Source: Paraspadella gotoi
Lineage: Eukaryota > Animalia > Chaetognatha
Assembly (NCBI GenBank): GCA_051294375.1
Contig: CM119271.1
Coordinates: forward strand, 11,234,341 to 11,298,340
DNA: 64,000 bases
Reading direction: 5' to 3'
The notes beneath the pieces were generated by a model that was given only the letters and a program-made list of their open reading frames with translations, did not search any database and was not told the origin of the DNA. The translations under genes were made by a program, and so were the position numbers. Positions within the stretch are counted from its first letter, which is position 1. Every line of letters begins with the position of its first letter. This document shows positions 1-11,443 of this stretch, piece by piece.

Positions 1-939
1 AATTGACTCAACGCTCGAACGAATTTCAACAGAGANNNNNNNNNNNNNNNNNNNNNNNNNNNNNNNNNNNNNNNNNNNNNNNNNNNNNNNNNNNNNNNNN
101 NNNNNNNNNNNNNNNNNNNNNNNNNNNNNNNNNNNNNNNNNNNNNNNNNNNNNNNNNNNNNNNNNNNNNNNNNNNNNNNNNNNNNNNNGAGAGAGAGAGA
201 GACAGAGACTCAACGAAATTGGTTAGCACGTCATACTTTAATTTTAAACAGTGCATAATTACTATTATTGCGTTCCGAGTTTTTAAAATCATTTCATCAT
301 CTCCCACCACCAACCCTCCCTATCTTCCCCTAACCAAATCCCCCNNNNNNNNNNNNNNNNNNNNNNNNNNNNNNNNNNNNNNNNNNNNNNNNNNNNNNNN
401 NNNNNNNNNNNNNNNNNNNNNNNNNNNNNNNNNNNNNNNNNNNNNNNNNNNNNNNNNNNNNNNNNNNNNNNNNNNNNNNNNNNNNNNNNNNNNNNNNNNN
501 NNNNNNNNNNNNNNNNNNNNNNNNNNNNNNNNNNNNNNNNNNNTTTTTTTTTTTGTTTTAGATTATTTATTTTTAAAGATTAATTTAAGGTGCTCATTAT
601 TTCTTACATAAGAGATACGTAATCAAGTAACTAACTGAATAAATAAAAGATAAATAAATAATTAGATTATTAAATAATGAAATAAATAAATGAAAAAGAA
701 TAATCAACGCTCAAGAAAAAAATAAAGCTAAAAACTAACAAAACAAACTAANNNNNNNNNNNNNNNNNNNNNNNNNNNNNNNNNNNNNNNNNNNNNNNNN
801 NNNNNNNNNNNNNNNNNNNNNNNNNNNNNNNNNNNNNNNNNNNNNNNNNNNNNNNNNNNNNNNNNNNNNNNNNNNNNNNNNNNNNNNNNNNNNNNNNNNN
901 NNNNNNNNNNNNNNNNNNNNNNNNNNNNNNNNNNNNNNN

Positions 940-1091
940 CGCGGATCAAATGCTCCGACTCTTACGTCGTCCACGGATTCCAAGACACCAACATCACGTG
1001 CGACATCTTGTCCAACCCCGCGGTGCCGAGTCAGAACGTGTCGTGGCGGACGTCGGAGAATTTCGGGGTCAACGGGTTGAAGATCGTCAAG
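940..1091 (+). CDS. Exon of an IgSF membrane protein (first half of an Ig domain); 5' end lost in N gap
   Basis: Frame from 942 reads RIKCSDSYVVHGFQDTNITCDILSNPAVPSQNVSWRTSENFGVNGLKIVK. This has the Ig pattern 'ITC..xNP....VSW' and two N-glycosylation sequons, and ends at a strong phase-0 donor AAG|GTGAGG (1091/1092). This frame is not in the ORF track. Confidence 0.75.
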
Positions 1092-2232
1092 GTGAGGTCG
1101 GGAGGGGGGGGGTAAGGTTATCCGGTTCGGCGAGCGGGTGAAGTGAAGAGTGAAGTGAGCGGAGAATCAGGATCGGATCGAATCGAGGTTTTTCTCAGTG
1201 AATCTCATCCGTCAATTAGGCAGTTAGTTGGGATGGTCCTGTCTCGGAGCATATATACAATCAGTTTTCTTTTCTTTTTTTTTTTTTTTTGAAACTAATT
1301 ATTTATTCTATCGATCAGTGAGTGAAGCAGTTTCATTTATTTTTCATGTCAGTCATAGCATCACAGATGGAATCAGAACCGAAAATGGAATCGGTGAGTC
1401 AAATAGTCGTAACATTTGATCTGTCAATATAGAAATTCTGTCTAAAAGTAATCTATCATTCAATCGATCAGTCAACTCAGTCAAACAATCAAAATATCAA
1501 GCGTTAAATCAGTCAATCAAATCAGTGAATCAATCGGTCAGTCACTGAATGGATCGGTCACATATTCAGTCACTCTCTCAAACTCCGCGCCCTCATCACG
1601 TTTTCCGTGAGGTCATCTCACAAATTCACACATAAAAAAAAAAGAACAATGGAACGAAAACCGACGAAAAAATCTGCGAACGCGGAGTCGTTCGACCGAA
1701 GCGACGCGAAGCGGCGAAAAAAGAAAGAGAGAGAATATAAATCTTTTTTTTNNNNNNNNNNNNNNNNNNNNNNNNNNNNNNNNNNNNNNNNNNNNNNNNN
1801 NNNNNNNNNNNNNNNNNNNNNNNNNNNNNNNNNNNNNNNNNNNNNNNNNNNNNNNNNNNNNNNNNNNNNNNNNNNNNNNNNNNNNNNNNNNNNNNNNNNN
1901 NNNNNNNNNNNNNNNNNNNNNNNNNNNNNNNNNNNNNNNNNNNNNNNNNNNNNNNNNNNNNNNNNNNNNNNNNNNNNNNNNNNNNNNNNNNNNNNNNNNN
2001 NNNNNNNNNNNNNNNNNNNNNNNNNNNNNNNNNNNNNNNNNNNNNNNNNNNNNNNNNNNNNNNNNNNNNNNNNNNNNNNNNNNNNNNNNNNNNNNNNNNN
2101 NNNNNNNNNNNNNNNNNNNNNNNNNNNNNNNNNNNNNNNNNNNNNNNNNNNNNNNNNNNNNNNNNNNNNNNNNNNNNNNNNNNNNNNNNNNNNNNNNNTT
2201 TCACCTGTCACCGCCCCCCTCTTCAATTCCAG

Positions 2233-2351
2233 GCAATTCTTTTCTCGTTCTCAAAATCCTCGCCGGTCATCGAGTCGTCACAAAAAACATCACGTTGCGA
2301 TTCGTCGACGTCGCGCCCACTTCCGGTGGAGATGGCCTTTCTGAGGATCAG
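2233..2351 (+). CDS. Internal exon of the same IgSF gene (end of Ig domain plus linker)
   Basis: Acceptor ttccAG (2231-2232) and donor CAG|GTGAGA. Phase 1 to 0, reading (G)NSFLVLKILAGHRVVTKNITLRFVDVAPTSGGDGLSEDQ with beta-strand patterning and an NIT sequon. A phase 0-to-1 exon is needed between 1092 and 2232, possibly inside the 1752-2198 gap. Confidence 0.65.
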
Positions 2352-2366
2352 GTGAGAGAAGTTATA

Positions 2367-2670
2367 TTAAGTTAAATTAAGTTAAGTTAAGTTAAGTTAA
2401 GTTAAGTTAAGTTAAGTTAAGTTAAGTTAAGTTAAGTTAAGTAAACGCCCTGATGAAAACTTTAAAGCCAAAGAGTCGAAACATGTCTGTTTTTTATTGT
2501 TAAAAAATCGTTGTTTACAAAAAAAAATCAACTATATTTTCTCCTAATCATAATGCAACGAAAAGAAAGTCAAGACACAATGTCTACTAACTTAACTTAA
2601 CTTAACTTAACTTAACTTAACTTAACTTAACTTAACTTAACTTAACTTAACTTAACTTAACTTATCTTAA
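2367..2670. repeat. Inverted pentanucleotide arrays (TTAAG)n and (CTTAA)n flanking a ~145-bp insert
   Basis: (TTAAG)n at ~2367-2441 and its reverse complement at ~2588-2670, read directly. Confidence 0.95.
2443..2492 (+). ncRNA. Decayed minimal type I hammerhead ribozyme motif (Penelope-like)
   Basis: CTGATGA (2450-2456), imperfect helix II aacttt/agagtc, GAAA (2478-2481), palindromic helix III ACATGT and cleavage triplet GTC (C2487). Helix I is only partial (aaacg/tgttt). Confidence 0.5.
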
Positions 2671-2789
2671 GTTGAGTACACCGCCAACCGTCCGCTAAAG
2701 ACGCTGCAGTCGATGTAGTTATTATCGTTGCTGTCGTTGTTGTGGTCGTTGTCGTCTTCGTTGTCGTTGTTGTTGTCGTCGTTGTTGTC

Positions 2790-2885
2790 GCCCGCCTCCC
2801 ATTTCATGATCCCGTCGTTTCGGACTCTTCATTTTCGCTGAGGGACTTTTTTCTCTCTCTCTCGTTTTGACAAGATTTTCGCTTT

Positions 2886-2953
<68 letters not shown>

Positions 2954-3478
2954 TCATCCATCAAGTGCGGGATGTCGTGGTAATCGTCGTCGTTGTCATT
3001 GTCGTTAATGTCGTCTTCTTCGTCGTCATCGTCGTCATCGTCGTCGTGTACGAAATCATGGTAATCGACGTCCGGATTGTCATCATTTTCTCCAACGTCA
3101 TTGTGAATATTGTAAGCGTCTCGTCATTAAACCGTAGTAGGTGTAAAATCTTTGCCTTTGTCATCGTTGTCGTCTGGTATTCCTGACAGTTATCTTCTTT
3201 GTTATCAATATTATCCTCTAAGTCAATCTTATCCTTCCTGCTTCATCATCGTTGTACTTATTTTGGTTGTCGAAAACAGCCTCCGGTGACAAATGAATGA
3301 CGTTTAATGACAGGGGGCCAGGGGAAAAATGACAGGGGGATGTCTTGAAAATGACAGAGTATGACGTGAAGATAAAGTTGAACGTTATAGAAGTGGCAAT
3401 GGATGACGCGGGAGATTTGTTGGAAAAATACAAATGGTCGAAAGAGAAGTTAGAAAACAAAAAAGTGGAAACAATTTT

Positions 3479-3530
<52 letters not shown>

Positions 3531-4976
3531 AAAGAAGAGACATAGAGGAGAGAATTCCAAAGCGAAGGGGAAAGAGATTTTTACAATTTTGATGAAGCTC
3601 TGAAAAGTTGTTGCTCTGATCTTCCGGAGCCCAACCCATTTCCGTCCTTTCCTCGGGCTCTTCCTCTTCTCTCCTTCCTCTTCTCCTTATTTCTTTTCCT
3701 CCTCTTCTTCCCCTTTTTCTTCCTCTCTCTCTTCCTTCTTCTCTTCTTTCCTCCTTTTTTCCCTAAACCTCCTCTTCTTCCTCCCTCCTCCTCCTCTTCT
3801 CCTTTCCTCCTTTCTCTCCCTCTTCCTCCTCCTCATCATTATCCAGAAGTGGGCAGGAAAGAAGATGAAGAGGAGGAGAAAGAAAGAAAAAAAGGAAGGA
3901 GGAAGAAGGATAATGATGAGGGAGGTGGAAGAGGGAGAGAAAGGAGGAAAGGAGAGGAGGAGGAAGGAAGAGGGAGAGGAAGGAGGAAAGAAGAGGAGGG
4001 AGGAGGGATGCGGAGAGGTAGAGAAAGAGGAGGAGAGGAGGGAGGAAAGAAGGATTATGATGAGGAGGAAGGAAGAGGGAGAGAAAGGAGGAAAAGGAGA
4101 AGAGGAGGAGGGAAGGGAAGGAAGAGAGGAGGTTTAGGGAAAAAGGAGGAAAGAAAGAAGCAAGGAAGGAGAAGAGGAAGAACAAGAGAGAAAAAGAGGG
4201 GAAGAGAAAATAAGGGAGAAGGGAAGGAGAGAAGAGGAGAGCCCGATGGCAAAGGACGGAAATGGGTTGGGCTTCCGGAAGATATAGAGCAACAACTTTC
4301 CCAGAGCTTCATCAAAATTGTAAAAAAATTTCATTAAAATCTTATCCTATAATCCCTTTTCCCCCTCGGCTAATGGGAATCTCTCCTCTATGTCTTTCTT
4401 TGCTCTCTCTCTCTTCTACTCTCTCTCTCTCTCTCTCTCTCTCTAAAAATTGTTTCCACTTTTGTTTTCTAACATTCTCTTTCGACAATTTGTATTTTTT
4501 TCCCAACAAATCTCCCGCGTCATCCATTGCCACTTCTATAACGTTCAGCTTTATCTTCACCGTCATACTCTGTCGAATTCAAGAATCCCTGTCATTTTTC
4601 CCCTGGCCCCTGTCATTTAACGTCATTGCAATTTGTTTCACCGGAGGCTGTTTTCGAACAACCAATAAGTAACGATGATGAAGGAAGGATAAGATTGACC
4701 TTAGAGGTATAATATTGATAACAAAGAAGATAACTGTCAGGAATACCAGACGACACGAGACAAAGGCACAGATTTTACACCTACTACGGTTCAATGAACG
4801 GAGACGCTTACCAATATTCACAGATGACGTTGGAGAAAAGATGACAAAGATCCGGACGTCGATCTACCAATGATTTCGTACACGACGACCGATGACGACG
4901 ATGACGACGAAGAAGACGACATTAACGACATGACAACGACGACGATTACACGACATCCCGCACTTGAAATGGATGA

Positions 4977-5013
<37 letters not shown>

Positions 5014-5165
5014 AGAGAGAGAGAAGCGAGAGAGAAGAAGAGAGAGAGAGAGAGAGACGGAGAGTAAAAGCGAAATTCTTGTCAAAACCGGAGAGAGAGG
5101 AAAAAGTCCCTCAGCGAAAAATGAAGAGTCCGAAACGACGGGATCATGAAATGGAGGCGGGCCGA
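2790..5165. repeat. ~1-kb inverted duplication (arms ~2790-3845 and ~4052-5165)
   Basis: For example catttcatgatcccgtcgtttcggactcttc (~2800) versus gaagagtccgaaacgacgggatcatgaaatg (~5123). The arms differ mostly by small indels. Confidence 0.9.
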
Positions 5166-5430
5166 CAACAACGTGAGGAGGAGGAGGCGGACGCGAAGAT
5201 CTTTCTTCCCCATCACCATTTCGCTTCCTTCTCCTTTTCGATCGGGGGCTTTCGCGCAGCACAGATTTTTCCATTCTGTCTTCCAACTTCCCACTTTTCT
5301 CTTCTTCTCCGTTAAGACGCTATTCACGTTCCTCTGTAATTTTTATTATTTTCCGGTGTCTCGTTTATTTCATTATTACCGCTTCACCACTACCTCTCGT
5401 GTGTTACTTTAGCCAGCGTCTTATTTCGGG

Positions 5431-5448
5431 TGGCGCCCAATGTGGAGA
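5431..5448 (+). promoter_or_regulatory. Primer-binding site complementary to the 3' end of tRNA-Lys
   Basis: TGGCGCCCAA followed by TGTGGAGA; 15/18 match to the canonical Lys1,2 PBS. Confidence 0.6.
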
Positions 5449-5861
5449 CTTTTCTCCAACCACGATCCGCCCTGGGATCTCTTTAATACTATTTCTTATT
5501 TCAACAAAAATCCCTTTTCCCTCGAAATTCAACTCCGTAGTTTTTTTTTTCTCTTTTTGTTTCGACCCAAAACTTTTTTTTCTCCTCAAATTCGAATTCA
5601 TTATTTTTCAAATTTTTTTTTTCCCTCTTTTTTTTCCTGTCGACTTTCGCGCGAAATTTTTTCTCTCTCTCCCGCCCTTTCCGTCGACTCCCTAATTTCT
5701 TCCTCTTCTTTCTCTCCTTCCCTTCCTTTCTCCCCCCTCTACGTCTGCCTAATACCAAATAAACCGAAGAGATAGAAAAGCGGGTAGCCGTTAGGCCGAA
5801 GAGGGACTTAACCGAAACCTTCCTCCCTGAGTAACCAGGAGACGGCCAGGTAGTAACCGGC

Positions 5862-6290
5862 CAGGACGTGGAGGCTGACCGGGAACGGTCCTAACAGCAG
5901 ACGTGGAGACCGTCAGGGACGGCCAGCGACGTGGAGGCTGACCGGGAAAACGGTCTATAGCAGACGTGAGAACGTCCGGAGACGGTCCAGGAGACGTGGA
6001 GGCTGACCGGCGAGACGGTCTAAGCAGACGTGGAGACCATCAGGAGACGGTCCAGGAAGGACATGGAGACCGCTCAGGAGACGGTCCAGGAAGGACGTGG
6101 AGACCGTCAGGAGACGGTCCAGGAGGATCCGTGGAGGCCGACGGAAACCGTCTAAGGAAGACGTGGAGGCCGTCACGGAGACGGTCCAAGGAGACGTGGA
6201 GGGCCGACACTGGAAAACGTCTAGGAGACGTGGAGGCGTCGTAACGGTCCATGAGACGTGGAGGCCATCTGGAAACATCCGGAGTGACGA
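5862..6290. repeat. ~30-32-bp GC-rich minisatellite, roughly 13-14 degenerate units
   Basis: Consensus-like unit aggagacgtggag(g/a)c(c/t)g(a/t)c(a/c)ggagacggtcc repeated head-to-tail. Confidence 0.9.
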
Positions 6291-7944
6291 GGAGAATTGA
6301 CCTAGAACCAACCCAAGGAGACAGGAGGCAACTGCGGTCCAACCCAAGGAGACGAGGAGGCCGCCAGAGACCGACCCACAGCTGGACGAGGAGATAACCG
6401 GGGAGCGACCCGGTAGACAAGGAGGCCGACCAGGCCTAAGCAGGAGCAGCCGGTAAGGACGCTCATTTAGCTACGCAGCCCCAACCACTCCAACCAGGAG
6501 GCCGCCGACGCAGTTTCCGGTGTCCATCGTCGCTACCCGCCGGCCCCCATTATGAGACGCCAAGCCCAACGTTAGGTTCGCAGAAGTCCGTCCGAGCCGC
6601 CGCCGGTTTTCCGGTCCCGTTGAACGCTTGTCCGTGCCGCTGAGAGCATTTCCGGTCTCGTTGACGGGCGTAAGTGTCGCCACGCCCCATCTTGCTTTGT
6701 CCTCGCGCCCGCCAGGTCTGGACGGCCTCATCGTGTCGGGATGCTGGATCAGGCGAGAATACGCAAGCTTGAGAGGAATTCTCCTGGAAGGGAGGACCGG
6801 ACCCAACCGATCCTGGTAGAACATGGAGGGCCAAAGCACAAGCTTTTCATCGAAATCCCGACCACGGTCAAGGACGGGAAAACTGATGATCTCCCCGCCG
6901 CCGGCTTACCGGCGGATGGTGGTTGCAGGTGTTGGTTAATAGCCGCCGCCCGGGGCTTGGCTTTGCCCCATATGAGGTCCCATTAGAAAAAAAGAAACCC
7001 GCCAGGCCGGCGCCGCCGCCGCCAAAAACCGCAGGCGCCGAAAAATAAAAAAAAAAAGAAATCCCTCTAACATTAGGAGAAAACGAAAAAAAACACCTGA
7101 AGAGACTTCAGACCGGCATCCAGTCGTACCTAAAATTATTAAAAGAAAAATCTGCCTCTCTTTCTTAAACTTTCAGAGATCCGAGTCTTTGTTCTCTACC
7201 GTCGACCCAAATTCGTTATGCTTTTAAATTATATTTTAAAACATTTTCGCAAATTCTCCGCTGGAGTTCAGCAGGGTCACCACACGCCTTGGAACACAGA
7301 ATCAGCTAACAAACAATTATCCCCTCTTCTCACTGTATTCTCTCGAAGCCGATGTTTCGAACCCCTGGGACGAGCCCTTTTTTTTTTTTTCTTGTTAAAA
7401 AAAATCACTGTAACTAGAAGTGAAAAAGAAAAAAACGGGGGGAAGGAGCCCTCATAGCTGAAATGCGACACATCACGACAATACACGAACCCCAACAGTG
7501 TCGGCCAGAGCGCAGAGACTTTGGACTGGGAAGTAATATCACATCCGAATCTGAAAAGAAATGACCCATTTGCGGAGAGGAATCGCGGACTACGTTCTGC
7601 TGCCAATGAAAGCTACCCCGCTAAACATCTGTCGGCCGAGTGTGAATTCTTTTCCCTTTGAAAAAAAACTTTGAAAAATAACAAAAATCTCCCTGACCAA
7701 GCAGTTGGTCTCGGACTTTAACAGATTTGCGAAGGCCACCGCAAGAAGAAATCATATATGCCCGAAACTCGTCNNNNNNNNNNNNNNNNNNNNNNNNNCC
7801 TCCTCCTCTCCTTTCCTCCTTCCTCTCCTTCTTCCTCCTCCTTCTCTTCTTTCCTCCCTTCTCTCCCTCTCCCTCTCTCTCGTCTTCTCCTCCCAAATTT
7901 CCTCTCCACCCCAAAGAACCGAAGGAAGGAAATTTTTCCTAATG

Positions 7945-9700
7945 GGGCGCCGTTGTCTTCGTCGTCGTCGTCGTTGTCGTTCGCTTCGATGTCGTCGTTG
8001 TCATCGTTGATGCAATCGTCGTCGTCCTCTTTGTCATCGTCGTAGTTGGTAAAGTCACCTTATCTCCATCTTTATCAGTGTCATCATAGTTACTCTAAGA
8101 TACTTTTGGGCTCTTATTCTCTGCCTTCTTTTTCATCATTGTCATACTTATTGTCATCATTATAATTGTCTTATATCATTGTCATTGTCGTCTAATTCAT
8201 CAGTTATCCATGTCATTATAGTAGTCGTCATTATCATTGTCATTATCATCCTCATTGTCATCGTCTAGGTTGTCATCATCTTTGTCATGTTCATCATCTT
8301 TTTCACAATTATCATATTTGTTTTCTTTGTTATCAACATACTCATCATCAACATTGACACCATTGTCTCCATCACCCACATTATCATCATCTATATTGTC
8401 ATTCTCCTCCTCATTTTCGTCATTATCATCATCATTGTTATCCTCCTCGTGATTTTCATCATCACCTTCATTTTTGTCATCATCATCATCTTCCGCATGG
8501 TCATCTTCATCATCGTTGTCCTCGTCATCGTCAATGTCGTCCTCGTTGTCTTTGTCATCATTGTTATCATCAACATCGTCCTTCCCGTCATTGTCGTCTT
8601 TGTCATCATTGTTCTCATTATTGCCGTCAACGTCGTTCTCCTCATTGTCTTTGTCATCATCCTAATTGTCATCGTCGGCGTCATCTTTGTCATCAACGTC
8701 TTCCTCAACGTTGTCATTGTCATCCTAGACGTCATCTTTGTCTTTGTCATCATCGTCTTCCTCATCATCGGCGTCATGTTTGTCATCATCGTCCTTTTTG
8801 TCGGCGTCTTTGTCATCCTTCTCATCATCATCATTGTCATCTAAGCCATCGTCTTTGCCATTATCATNNNNNNNNNNNNNNNNNNNNNNNNNNNNNNNNN
8901 NNNNNNNNNNNNNNNNNNNNNNNNNNNNNNNNNNNNNNNNNNNNNNNNNNNNNNNNNNNNNNNNNNNNNNNNNNNNNNNNNNNNNNNNNNNNNNNNNNNN
9001 NNNNNNNNNNNNNNNNNNNNNNNNNNNNNNNNNNNNNNNNNNNNNNNNNNNNNNNNNNNNNNNNNNNNNNNNNNNNNNNNNNNNNNNNNNNNNNNNNNNN
9101 NNNNNNNNNNNNNNNNNNNNNNNNNNNNNNNNNNNNNNNNNNNNNNNNNNNNNNNNNNNNNNNNNNNNNNNNNNNNNNNNNNNNNNNNNNNNNNNNNNNN
9201 NNNNNNNNNNNNNNNNNNNNNNNNNNNNNNNNNNNNNNNNNNNNNNNNNNNNNNNNNNNNNNNNNNNNNNNNNNNNNNNNNNNNNNNNNNNNNNNNNNNN
9301 NNNNNNNNNNNNNNNNNNNNNNNNNNNNNNNNNNNNNNNNNNNNNNNNNNNNNNNNNNNNNNNNNNNNNNNNNNNNNNNNNNNNNNNNNNNNNNNNNNNN
9401 NNNNNNNNNNNNNNNNNNNNNNNNNNNNNNNNNNNNNNNNNNNNNNNNNNNNNNNNNNNNNNNNNNNNNNNNNNNNNNNNNNNNNNNNNNNNNNNNNNNN
9501 NNNNNNNNNNNNNNNNNNNNNNNNNNNNNNNNNNNNNNNNNNNNNNNNNNNNNNNNNNNNNNNNNNNNNNNNNNNNNNNNNNNNNNNNNNNNNNNNNNNG
9601 TCGGCGTCGTCTTTGTCATCATCGTCTTCCTCATCGTCGTCATTGTCATCTTAGACGTCGTCTTTCCTTTTGTCATCGTCGTCTTTTCCAACGTCTTTCT
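7945..9700. repeat. Degenerate (GTC/ATC/TTC)n trinucleotide low-complexity tract spanning an N gap; related tract at ~2715-3260
   Basis: Continuous tcatcgtc/ttgtcatc motifs; translates only to poly-S, poly-I/V or poly-M/T. Confidence 0.85.
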
Positions 9701-10238
9701 CTCCTCAACCGACTGAAGGGAAAGAGAGTTTCCACTGAATCGTCTGGCGGCGGCGAATTCCTATTTGGTTCAGGTCGCCTGATTGAGCGATTAGGCGATT
9801 TCGTATGGGGGGGGGGACGTCCGTCGGTCGGTCGGTCTGTCTGTCCCGTCGGTTAGGCGGTCGGTTAGTCGGTTCCGGTCCGTGATTGATTAGATTAGAT
9901 TTTTTTTTTTTTTTGCTTAAAATTAGAATATAATATCGTACATTTAATTAACGAGACTACGGTTTGTAATCTCAATTTTTTGTATAGTTAAAGTAACGTA
10001 GGAAATCATGTATAAAAGATCGAAATAAAATCAATAAAAACGATGACGTTAATAAATATTAAAATACAAAAACCCAGGATGAGGAGAAATGATGAGGAAA
10101 CGGTGCATGCTGGCGAAACCTATCGGTTCTTTCTGCCATCATTTAAAAATTCCCCCAAAAAAGCACAAATAAAAACCGACAAACATGAGTTAACATACGC
10201 ATTATTTATTCATCTCTCCCTCAAAAAAATAAAACCAG

Positions 10239-10445
10239 GCCCCCTCCATAGAGCGGGTTTCCCGCGCTTCCTCGATGGACCAATCGGAGATCGTCGTCAT
10301 CGCCGTGACGTCATTGGTCTTCGTTCTCTTCGTCGTCGCCGTCGTGCTCGTCTACGTCTATCATCAGGACGGTCACTGCGCCGCCGCTCTCTGCGCCACG
10401 CCCACAAACACCTCGGTGGGGACGCAGCAGAGCCAAGTCTGCCAG
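10239..10445 (+). CDS. Transmembrane-encoding exon, probably of the IgSF gene
   Basis: Acceptor accAG (10237-10238) and donor CAG|GTTTGT. Phase 0 to 0, open throughout: APSIERVSRASSMDQSEIVVIAVTSLVFVLFVVAVVLVYVYHQDGHCAAALCATPTNTSVGTQQSQVCQ, with a ~24-aa hydrophobic helix. The phase matches the exon ending at 2351. Confidence 0.7.
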
Positions 10446-11209
10446 GTTTGTGGAGAGGGGGGGGAGTTGTGGGGGGGGGAGGGGTTTGTGGGGAGAAGGG
10501 TTTGGTGATAGCGGTTGTGGGGAACAGTTTTGGCAAGGGTTTATGGGGGAAAGGTTAGTGTGGTTGCGTGAAAGTTTACGAAAGATTAAAACGCTTATCG
10601 GTGTAATTTTTAGAAAATTAGGAGCTGGACAAACTCGTGATGCTCTTTTCAATGATTCTTACAAATAGATTTAAACGTACGACTCAAATTCGCTTTGTAT
10701 AAATTTAATCTCCTTTTCTGAGCTGGGAAATCGAAAAAATTTTTATTAAGACGTAACATCATTTTTTAAGTAAGAAACCAAGAGCATGTCTACCATGTCT
10801 ATCATGTCTACCGTGATGGGAAAAAAAATTGTCGCGGTTTGGAAAAGTCAGTTAATTTTATTGTCAAATATTTTTTATTTGGCTAACAAATAAGTTTTAA
10901 TATATAATATGACCTCCCTAGGACTGAATAAAATTATTTAATGCATACAAATACTTCCAAAAAAGGTTGTCTCTAACAGTTTTTCCCTTTTTTTTGATTA
11001 AGAGGACTATTCACATTATTCTTAATATTATATCAGATTTGGGGCAAAAAATGGTCCTTGGCAAGCAGTAAAAAAGATTGATCCTTTATAAAGTAAACCA
11101 GGCTTGAGTTGTTGCTGCATAGTGTGATAATTCCTTGTCTTTCACTTCTTTTTTTTTTTACTTGTTTGATACGTGATTCTGATAATACATCCAAAGTTAA
11201 ATAAAAATG

Positions 11210-11443
11210 TGAAGAGACAGTAATTGTTGATATGTGTTAGTGACAGAACCGTTCAATGTAAGCAGTCCCTGAGCTTCGGATCAGGCTGTAACACCATGTT
11301 ACAGGCGGGTTAAGCGCCCCGTCCCTCTTAACTGCCAGACGACCACCGGGCTAGAACCCCGGACCTTTGGGTTGGGAGGCGAATGACTTGCCTCCGGCAC
11401 CAATGGCCGCTGATGAACGGTTAGTGGATTTTAGTCCACCATA
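11210..11443 (-). mobile_element. 234-bp structured interspersed repeat with a tRNA-like module (copy 1)
   Basis: Second copy at 40586-40819 differs by 6 substitutions and no indels. Minus strand 11410-11339 has a 7-bp acceptor-like stem GCGGCCA/TGGTCGT, A-box-like TGGTGCCGGAGG, loop CTCCCAA and B-box-like GGTTCTAGCCC. Subterminal inverted repeat AACCGTTCA/TGAACGGTT and terminal hairpin GTGGA-TTTTAG-TCCAC. Confidence 0.85.

Larger units (their letters stand above)
5290..7770 (+). mobile_element. Decayed LTR retrotransposon fragment (PBS, repeat-rich leader/gag region, possible integrase remnant); boundaries approximate
   Basis: TGGCGCCCAATGTGGAGA at 5431-5448 matches 15/18 nt of the tRNA-Lys(CUU) PBS TGGCGCCCAACGTGGGGC. 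A GC-rich frameshifted region follows. Near 7420-7520, cross-frame reading gives 'RS..NGG' and 'HITT..Y.NP.SVGQ.AE', weakly resembling an integrase core. No second LTR was found. Confidence 0.5.

Noticed and set aside
1542-1606. Candidate missing Ig exon SLNGSVTYSVTLSNS
   Set aside because: Weak acceptor, and the donor gives phase 2, which does not match the phase-1 exon at 2233.
3763-4337. Long Arg/Glu/Gly or Leu/Ser/Phe ORFs here and at 13244-14158, 30432-31058, 32040-32987, 53257-54247 and 59450-60301
   Set aside because: They are translations of purine/pyrimidine microsatellite tracts, which lack stop codons by composition.
5862-6290. Possible CRISPR array
   Set aside because: Units are head-to-tail degenerate repeats with no unique spacers, there are no cas genes and the context is eukaryotic.
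7097-7130. CTGAAGA-GACT...AGTC hammerhead-like half
   Set aside because: GAAA is replaced by GTAC and helices I and III are absent.
8287-9856. Hydrophobic multi-TM or poly-Ser ORFs
   Set aside because: Product of a degenerate trinucleotide repeat plus an N gap.
11260-11395. HDV-like ribozyme suggested by GGCGAATG
   Set aside because: No matching L3/P1.1 sequence or nested double pseudoknot could be built.
11339-11410. Functional tRNA-Gly(CCC) gene
   Set aside because: The anticodon stem has two C-C mismatches and the module is embedded in a repeated element.
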